In this document: positions 56,840-64,000 of the stretch, one piece after another
Position numbering within the stretch: position 1 is the stretch's first letter
Layout of the letters: every line of letters begins with the position of its first letter
From: Rhynchopus sp. YZ270_cl-10
Lineage: Eukaryota
DNA length: 64,000 nucleotides
NCBI GenBank assembly: GCA_964035575.1
Contig: OZ037845.1
Span: 248,001 to 312,000, forward strand
Reading direction: 5' to 3'
Translations under genes and position numbers: made by a program
Notes under the pieces: model-generated
Databases searched by the model: none
Told to the model about the DNA's origin: nothing
The model's input: only the letters and a program-made list of their open reading frames with translations

Positions 56840-58387
56840 CTAGGCAAAGAGATCTGGCCTTGAGAAGGTGTAGCCCTTTTGATCATCGACGAGGACGTTG
56901 AAACGCTCTGGCGCACGGAGCTCCTCTTTGATCTCCTCCCACAGGTATGTGTGGTTGCGCATCAACGCAAGCTCGACGGTGACGATGTCTGAGTACATAT
57001 TCTTGATCGCGGAGAGAGGCACAAAGCGGCTGAGCTCGGGGCTGTAGTTCACCTCGAAGACAAACGGGGTCAACGTCTCTGCCTCTAATGTCATGTCTGC
57101 CCCGTAGACCCCGAAGTACTGATGACCCGTCTTTAGGTTCTTCTGGCTTGTTCGGAAGATGTGTGTGAATACCGCCATGATTCTAGGCCGTAAAACTTCC
57201 TTCAAATAGGCGTCCCCACCAAATTCGTTTGCCTGGTACTTTGCAGGGAGGTCCCCCTGGGCGTGCATATATCTTGTGAGTTCTGGAAGCATCCAGAAGT
57301 GTTTGACGTCGTCGTTGCTCTCCTTCCCTTTGCGTTTCCACACCTTCTCGGAGTTGCTGATAAACGCTTTGTTGTCGTTCCCATCAACGTTATATTTGCT
57401 TTTTGTGAGCCGAAGGTATCCGTCGTAGTACACAACAAACGCAGGGCTGCCTCGCAACACCAACATAAACAGACGAAGGTTGAAGGTCCGCCCCTCCACC
57501 AGATAGGGGTTCTTGAGGAACCGTTGCACCAACACACGGCCCCCTTTGCAGAGGTGCGTTTCCTTGTACACAGCCAGCTCCGCAAGGAGGTCCGCACCGT
57601 TCAGAATGGACAGCCCTTTGCCATTGTGCCCTCCTACCAGCGCCTTGCGGATGAACTGTGGTCGTCGTAGTTCCGCAGCGTTCTCTTCTTTGTGAAGTGC
57701 CATGTCTTCGACCAATGCAAAAAACCCATCACAATCCTGAGGTTTTTCTGTCGCAAAGCTTTGCTTAAAGAATGCAGACGAAACAATACCCGTCTGTCTC
57801 GAGGCAGGTGACCCCAGGTGGTCCCCAGATGCTAACGTTCTTGCCAAGCCATCCTTTGTCACAAACGCCTTTTGTCCTGGGATGTGGTTGTGCTTCATGG
57901 TCCCTTCGCAGATCTGCCAGTTTACGACCTTCCCAGAGGCTTTTCCTATGACGAAGTCAGCTTTGAGGTGGTCGGGTACCTCGGTGAAGCCTTCATCCCA
58001 GAATGCGGTTTTTACGTACTGTTCTACAGGGTATTCAGATGGAAGAAACTTCACGGTTTTGTCGATAAACAGCGGCGGTGGGGTGGAGGATGCGTCGTGA
58101 ACAATGGGGGTGCGGAGGTGCGCATTGCTTGCACGGAAGGCCTCTTCCCTTTGCGTGCAGCGCGCAGCAAAGGACAGCGGCCTGCCTTTCGCATCACGCC
58201 CGGTCTCCTCCTGGACAGACCTCCCTGTGTTGCCGTACCCTCTGCCTCCGTTCCCCTCACTGCGCACTGCGTACAGCGCCACCTCATACACATAATACGA
58301 GAACGTAACAAAAATGCACAACATCATGTACACTCCTATGCCGTTCCACCTGGGCATCCAGGAGCGTTTGGAGTCAGGGCGCATCAT
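56840..58387 (-). CDS. Tubulin-tyrosine ligase-like (TTL/TTLL, ATP-grasp) protein with an N-terminal TM anchor
   Basis: FIRK...GKGL, VQRFLKNPYLVEGRTFNLR, YLR, YGAD, FEVNYSP; hydrophobic segment IGVYMMLCIFVTFSYYVYEVALYAV near the N-terminus. Confidence 0.82.
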   Translation of the reverse strand: MMRPDSKRSWMPRWNGIGVYMMLCIFVTFSYYVYEVALYAVRSEGNGGRGYGNTGRSVQEETGRDAKGRPLSFAARCTQREEAFRASNAHLRTPIVHDASSTPPPLFIDKTVKFLPSEYPVEQYVKTAFWDEGFTEVPDHLKADFVIGKASGKVVNWQICEGTMKHNHIPGQKAFVTKDGLARTLASGDHLGSPASRQTGIVSSAFFKQSFATEKPQDCDGFFALVEDMALHKEENAAELRRPQFIRKALVGGHNGKGLSILNGADLLAELAVYKETHLCKGGRVLVQRFLKNPYLVEGRTFNLRLFMLVLRGSPAFVVYYDGYLRLTKSKYNVDGNDNKAFISNSEKVWKRKGKESNDDVKHFWMLPELTRYMHAQGDLPAKYQANEFGGDAYLKEVLRPRIMAVFTHIFRTSQKNLKTGHQYFGVYGADMTLEAETLTPFVFEVNYSPELSRFVPLSAIKNMYSDIVTVELALMRNHTYLWEEIKEELRAPERFNVLVDDQKGYTFSRPDLFA

Positions 58388-60477
58388 TGGGGGTGCAGTG
58401 TCTCTGTCAGGTGGGTTGAGGAGTACTGTGAGCAAGAGAGGGGGATCCCATCGATGTGGGGGGTACTATGCGCAAAGAGAGTGGTGTGAGAGAAGCTTGC
58501 GACCAAGCATAGCGTTTTCCATAATAATTACAAAAAAAACCCCCCCCTCTTTTCCTTGCAGTAACATTGTCCAGAAAACTTGCGGGATTCGAATTCCTCT
58601 CTGTGCACACATCAAAGAAAAGTTTATAAGATGAACCTAAGCCTCTCGTGCTTAGTCACCTTAAAACACATCAAAATAGACGGGTGGAAGAAAAGCTTGA
58701 TATGAAATACAACAGCCCGCTCGTGAGCAGTGTACTTTTGGTACAATGACTTGGGTGTACCTAAAAATTGACTAAAAAAAAATTGAAATTCAAAGCCATC
58801 TTCGTTGAACAGTGTACCTAAAAAAAAACCTCCGTTTTTTTTTTTTTGTCACACCCCATGAAAAGTGGGGATTCTCCAATGCACAAGAAAGAGTTGTATT
58901 TTTGTTTGTCAAAGTATGGTTTTTTTTTTGTGAAAAATCACACTTAAACGGGCAGTTGTGGATGTGAGTACCCGCAATCTGCCATATTTATTTTTACCCC
59001 TCTTTTTTTGTGCAGGAGAACACAGCCTTCTATGGTTCATGAAGATGTGCTGAAGGACACCCTCCTCATAAAAGCTAAGATGAAATCCAAGCCTCTTCGG
59101 GCTTAGTCACGTAGTAGCCAAAGAAGGATCGACAAAAAATAAACAAAAGATAACTGCACAAACAAAAGCGAGGAAAGTGCAAATGCAACAGAACAAATAA
59201 TTTTTTTTTTTTCGAAACATATCGGAATGGCAGAAAAGGAACAGAAAGAAGATAAAATAAAAAAGAAAGCGAATCATAACGTTAAGAGAAGAGAGAAGAA
59301 CCGTCCAACAAAGTGGAGTTGATAGGTGCAAATATTTCATATACTATCTATTTTACTGAATAGAAGGTATAACAGGGTGCAAATATAAAAAAAAATCGCC
59401 TGGGGGACGCAGACACCGACGCTCCGTGGGGATTATCGAAACCCTCACTAGAGTATTGCACATTGGGATAACAAATGCATATACCCATGCACACTTAAGA
59501 AGAAAAAAGATAACTGTCCCCGACACTTCATGATACCTCATACGTGACCCGGACATAAGGAAAACCTGACAGGTACTGACGATGTTTGGTGGGGTGTATA
59601 GCGTAGCCCCAAAAACAGACAGTCATCTGCATCGCTTTCCGTTCTTCCGGAACCAAATGAGAACCATTAGAGAAAGACACCTGGTAAGACGCATGCTTCT
59701 CGTGTACACATCTTAAAAGGAAAACTTGAAAGAACTGAAAAAGACTCTGTCGATACTTCAGTCAATAAAGAGAACAGTTGGCAAAGATGCTATGCCCCAC
59801 TGTCACCCAGAAATACAATGTGACAAATACAAAGCGCGCGACAGTGTACCTAAAAACAGGGCTTAGGGAAGGTTGCAGTCCGAAGCAAGCATATGGTATC
59901 TGCCATGCCTTCAGACTCAGCCGCACATGCCACCCCTGTACAGGGAATACTCTGCACTGCGATGTGCACACCATGCACCCTGCCTCAAGGCTGAGTGCAT
60001 GGTGTGCATCCAGGCATCTCTAAGTTAAAGACTCAAGAAAAACACACGTGTCATGGAACACAACACTAGGCGTGCTGAATCCAAGCGCAGGGGCGACAGA
60101 ACGGAGTGTACACGATCCCTCTCTTCACACCAGGGAAGGGTCGCCGAGTTTCGCTGTAAATGCTCGCGTGTTAGCTTTGACGATGAGCCTTTGTATGGCC
60201 CGCCCACGCACGAACAAAAGAAGGCCCTGAAGACAAGAATGGGCCCTCAGCATGAACAAAAGCGATGTGCAAAAAAAAAGTGCAAAACGTGTCTTTTGCA
60301 AGAGACACAATAAAGTACAACCGTACAATTCCCCGCAGGATAAGAGAAGTCCTGGGGTAGGTGCTTCAATCAGCAACACTGACAAAATAAAAAACCCACA
60401 CCGTCACCTAATAGCTTGTACAAAACTCACAGCAAAGGAGTTTTGTTCACATTAGCGTAACCTACTGCTGCTGCTTC

Positions 60478-63400
60478 TCATTCGACACACACTATCGCAT
60501 CTTGCGGCGAGGTAGTCCTCTTCACGTAGTCAGACTGAAGCAGTTGGTCTGCAGTGGAGCGCAGTCTTGGGTCACGGTGGAAACATTCCTGCAGGAAAGC
60601 TACTGTGTCGGGAGATGCATTTGCGGGCACGGGCGGTCCGCCTCTGCCGTTGATGATCTTGTTCAGTGTTTCGTGTGTGGGTTCCAGCTTCCCTGTGCGC
60701 CAAGGTGTGACGCCAAGCATCTCAATGATGGTGCATCCCAAAGACCAGATGTCGCATCGTGTGCCGTACTCCACATCGCACTCGCCAGTCTTGCGCAGAA
60801 GCACCTCGGGTGCCATCCAAAAGGGTGTGCCCACACACGTCTGTGCACCATGTGCACCAAACGTCTCGTCCTCCTCCTCATCAAACAGCTTGCTGCAGCC
60901 AAAGTCAGACAGCTTCACCGTCGCGTCAATCGACAGCAGAAGGTTGTCTGCCTTCACGTCGCGGTGTGCAATCGCAGAGCGCCCGTTGTTCCCGCTGTGC
61001 AGGTACGCCAGTCCCAGAAGCACGTGGCATGTGTACTCACGCACTGTGTCCTCGTCCAGTGCTGCCTTCCGTGCACGCAGCAGGCTCTTCACAGACCCGC
61101 CAGGCATGTACTCCATGAAGATCTCAAGACACGACGCATCACGCCACATGTGTCCCAGGTACTGCACAACGTGTGGGTGGTGCAGGGATCGCATCAGAGT
61201 GAACTCCTGTTCCACACGCATCCGTGCCTTTGCCGAGTGTGACGCACCCAACTGCATCTCCTTCACTGCCACATGCCGGTCTGACCCCTTCAGTGACGCA
61301 AGGTAAACAACCCCAAACGACCCCTTCCCCAGTGCAGGACGCATCTTCTTGCACGTCTTCATCTCGTCCGGCTGCAGCCACATCTTCTCAGGAGGCACCG
61401 ACACAGGCGCAGACGGCTTTGCAGACATCGTCCCCTCCACCCACAGCGCAATGAAGGGGTGGCGCAGAAGCTCAGGTGCGTCGTCACGTTCGCTTGGGTC
61501 CTTCGTCAGACACTTCCAGATGAAGTCGTGTGCAGACGTCGACACGTCCTCCACCACGTTCTCTGGTGGGTATGCGGGTGCGTTCATCATTGCAGCCCAC
61601 AGGTTCGCACAGTCGGCCTTCCCAGGAGGCACACCCTTGTTCAGCACCTCCGACACCGTGCACCCCAAGCTGTAGATGTCTGCAGGTGTCCCTGCCGTCA
61701 CAAACCCTGTCCCGCATGCAAGCACCTCGGGTGCGATCCAGTTCGGACTCCCCACCTGTGTGTTCCCACATGTCGACATCGTCGCGTTGCTGAAGGGCAT
61801 TCCCGCAGCAGGAGAGAACGGCATTGCTGCAGGTGAGGGCAGCTTCCCCCAGTCCGCATCGCTGTTGAGCTTCTTCAAGGAACCAAAGTCGCACAGCTTT
61901 GCCGTCCCCTCTGGTGTCAGCAGGATGTTGTCGCCCTTGATGTCCCTGTGCACAACTTCGTTGCTGTGCAGAAACGACAGTGCCTGCAGCACTTGGTGGA
62001 TGTAGTACGCAGCTGTTGCCTCCTCCAGACGTGTGTCCATCCCACGCACAAGCGCACCCAACGTGCCCCCTGACACGTACTCCATCAGGATGCAGAGACG
62101 GCCCCCGACAGGGTCGAACACCACGTCCAGCATCTCTGTCAGGTGTGGGTGGCGCAGGCCCTTCAGCAGCTCTAACACCAGCTTAGCCTCCTCTGCGTCC
62201 CGGCGCTGTGCACCGAGCTGCTCCTTCATCGCGAGATGGACGCCGTCGTCGAGCACACCCACGTACACTGCGCCGTACGCACCGACACCTATTTGCCGCG
62301 TCTGCTTCCAGGAGTGGTGCGCTTTATGCGTTGGGCCGTCTACATGCGGTCCTGTGGGGAAGTTGCCTATGAGCTGCGCACCTGCTGAGACGACGCTGTT
62401 CAGAAACTGTGTGTGCTGTTGCGACAGTGCTGTTTTGAGGATAGCTGTTTGCTGGCTGCCTTGAGTACCCATGATAAGCTGCGGGTCGTACGACCCTTGC
62501 GTGGTGAGGAGCGGCTGGCTTGGCTGCGACTCGTCGTCCTGCTGTGCGGACTGCATCTGTTCCTCATCCTGCTCGCACAGCACCTTCGTCATCTCACTAC
62601 CTTCCACGACATCTTCCACTACCCGTAGCCTCTTCCTCACGAGGTACACACAGAGACACCACCCCGCCAGCAGCAGCAACACACCACCGACCACCCCAAG
62701 CACCAACGGCAGGTTGCTCGCTTGGGATGCTTCGGGCACTGGATCTGGTGTCTCCGTCTGCATGCTCACAAAAGGTGGTTCCATAGTAGGGACGTCGGTC
62801 GGTTGAGACGGTTGAGACATTGGTTGGTCGGTTGCTACTGGTACCGGGGTGGTTGCGGGTGTGGGGATGTACGCCGTACAGCATGGGGCGATTTGTGTCC
62901 TGCATGACGAGGCAACGTCGTTGCAGGGGAGCGTTTTGGAGTCTGTGGTCTTTTTGGTGCCGAAGGGGCAACGCACAATATCGCATGTGGGCATGAGGGA
63001 GCTGACGCAGCTGGTCAGCGCTGTGTACGAGTCTGGTGTCTTGGAGTTCCCCCAGACGGTAGGAGGGGCCGTGTTGTTGTAGTACGCAACGAAGCCGCGG
63101 TCCAACGGCAGCACCCACGCTACGTCGTGCAAAATCATGTTCGCGCCACGCCCCCCCGAGTCTGGACTGCCCCAGCTCACCACCGTGCCGTTCACGAAAC
63201 GCATGGCAAATGCCTGAGACTTCGGCGTGGTGTACACTGTGTCGATCTCAGTGTACCCAAGCAGCGTTGCCACAGAGCTGAGGCTGCCTCCAGACTGCTG
63301 CCTGCCCCAGGCAGTGATGCTCATCCAGTCGTCATGAAGAACGACGTACGCGTCTTTGTTGCTGAAGACAGTTTCGATGCCGACCAAACGGTTGGCACTG

Positions 63401-64000
63401 ATATTTGCTGCACCTTTTGTGTCACCCCAAACCACACCACGACGGTCCGACGTGACGTACAACGCAGCGTCTTCTGTGGTCCAGAGCGAGTCTGCTAGGA
63501 TGTTAGAGGTCGTAGTCATGGTATCGTACGGTGCGAGACGCATGCCTGATGAATTCGCCAGCCCGCCCTTCCCCCAGGACACAATATCACCACTCTGGCG
63601 CAGCGCGAGAAACACCGACGCACCGTCATACGGCGGCATGAAGATGTCCACGACGTCGGAAAGCAGGCCCTGCACGGAGGAGGAGTCGCCTCCAGCATCC
63701 TCCTTGCCCCAGGTGTAGACGGAACCGTCATCGAACAGCACTGCGTACGCTCCGGCACCGTGCCCCACCCATTTGCGGCTTGTTTTCCCACGAAGAATGA
63801 GGTCATTCGGACAGCCTTGCGTCTCGCTATTCGCGCCCCTGCAAATCGCCATTTCAGACTCGCCGTTCGCACCATAAAGCACCAACGAATCCGCCCCAGC
63901 AAGCGACCCTTCCGCAAAAAGCTCTTTCCCAGAAAGGTCAAACCTTCTGTCCGCATCACCAATGACAACCCCAGGGATGTACTCCCCTGAGGTCCCCATC
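60478..64000 (-). CDS. Receptor-like protein: RCC1-like repeat ectodomain, TM, two tandem STE/MAP3K-like Ser/Thr kinase domains (5' end outside the window)
   Basis: Repeats such as AVLFDDGSVYTWG...GGD; TM LPLVLGVVGGVLLLLAGWCLCVYLV. Kinase 1: GVGAYG/AMKE/HRDIKGDN/DFG/APE. Kinase 2: GKGSFG/AVKE/HRDVKADN/DFG/APE. Confidence 0.92.
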   Translation of the reverse strand, partial: MGTSGEYIPGVVIGDADRRFDLSGKELFAEGSLAGADSLVLYGANGESEMAICRGANSETQGCPNDLILRGKTSRKWVGHGAGAYAVLFDDGSVYTWGKEDAGGDSSSVQGLLSDVVDIFMPPYDGASVFLALRQSGDIVSWGKGGLANSSGMRLAPYDTMTTTSNILADSLWTTEDAALYVTSDRRGVVWGDTKGAANISANRLVGIETVFSNKDAYVVLHDDWMSITAWGRQQSGGSLSSVATLLGYTEIDTVYTTPKSQAFAMRFVNGTVVSWGSPDSGGRGANMILHDVAWVLPLDRGFVAYYNNTAPPTVWGNSKTPDSYTALTSCVSSLMPTCDIVRCPFGTKKTTDSKTLPCNDVASSCRTQIAPCCTAYIPTPATTPVPVATDQPMSQPSQPTDVPTMEPPFVSMQTETPDPVPEASQASNLPLVLGVVGGVLLLLAGWCLCVYLVRKRLRVVEDVVEGSEMTKVLCEQDEEQMQSAQQDDESQPSQPLLTTQGSYDPQLIMGTQGSQQTAILKTALSQQHTQFLNSVVSAGAQLIGNFPTGPHVDGPTHKAHHSWKQTRQIGVGAYGAVYVGVLDDGVHLAMKEQLGAQRRDAEEAKLVLELLKGLRHPHLTEMLDVVFDPVGGRLCILMEYVSGGTLGALVRGMDTRLEEATAAYYIHQVLQALSFLHSNEVVHRDIKGDNILLTPEGTAKLCDFGSLKKLNSDADWGKLPSPAAMPFSPAAGMPFSNATMSTCGNTQVGSPNWIAPEVLACGTGFVTAGTPADIYSLGCTVSEVLNKGVPPGKADCANLWAAMMNAPAYPPENVVEDVSTSAHDFIWKCLTKDPSERDDAPELLRHPFIALWVEGTMSAKPSAPVSVPPEKMWLQPDEMKTCKKMRPALGKGSFGVVYLASLKGSDRHVAVKEMQLGASHSAKARMRVEQEFTLMRSLHHPHVVQYLGHMWRDASCLEIFMEYMPGGSVKSLLRARKAALDEDTVREYTCHVLLGLAYLHSGNNGRSAIAHRDVKADNLLLSIDATVKLSDFGCSKLFDEEEDETFGAHGAQTCVGTPFWMAPEVLLRKTGECDVEYGTRCDIWSLGCTIIEMLGVTPWRTGKLEPTHETLNKIINGRGGPPVPANASPDTVAFLQECFHRDPRLRSTADQLLQSDYVKRTTSPQDAIVCVE

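Overview
Eukaryotic genomic DNA, most likely a euglenozoan (diplonemid-like). Every credible gene is on the minus strand, as in a polycistronic cluster. Genes carry short GT(ATG)...CACAG cis-introns, and the SAM synthetase has the kinetoplastid-type [13 protein letters not shown] start. Genes in order: 3-exon propionyl-CoA carboxylase beta; five tandem SAM synthetases; a C-type lectin receptor; a 13.8-kb intronless giant ORF; three GSTs; two hypothetical proteins; a spliced selenoprotein K with an in-frame UGA that the ORF track misses; a Schlafen/AlbA_2 protein; a WSC multi-TM protein; a membrane-anchored TTL-like ligase; and a 5'-truncated receptor with two kinase domains. The stand-out is the giant ORF. 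It reads as a self-processing polyprotein: signal peptide, TSP1 repeats, a Hedgehog-type Hog domain (Hint plus sterol-recognition region), TM, a second signal peptide, a vitellogenin/apoB-like lipid-transfer region containing a degenerate MepA/Hedge-fold insert, Ig-like repeats and a final TM. Non-coding DNA holds several MITE-like elements and a strand-biased dispersed RNA-hairpin repeat. All domain calls are by-eye motif recognition; no searches were run.
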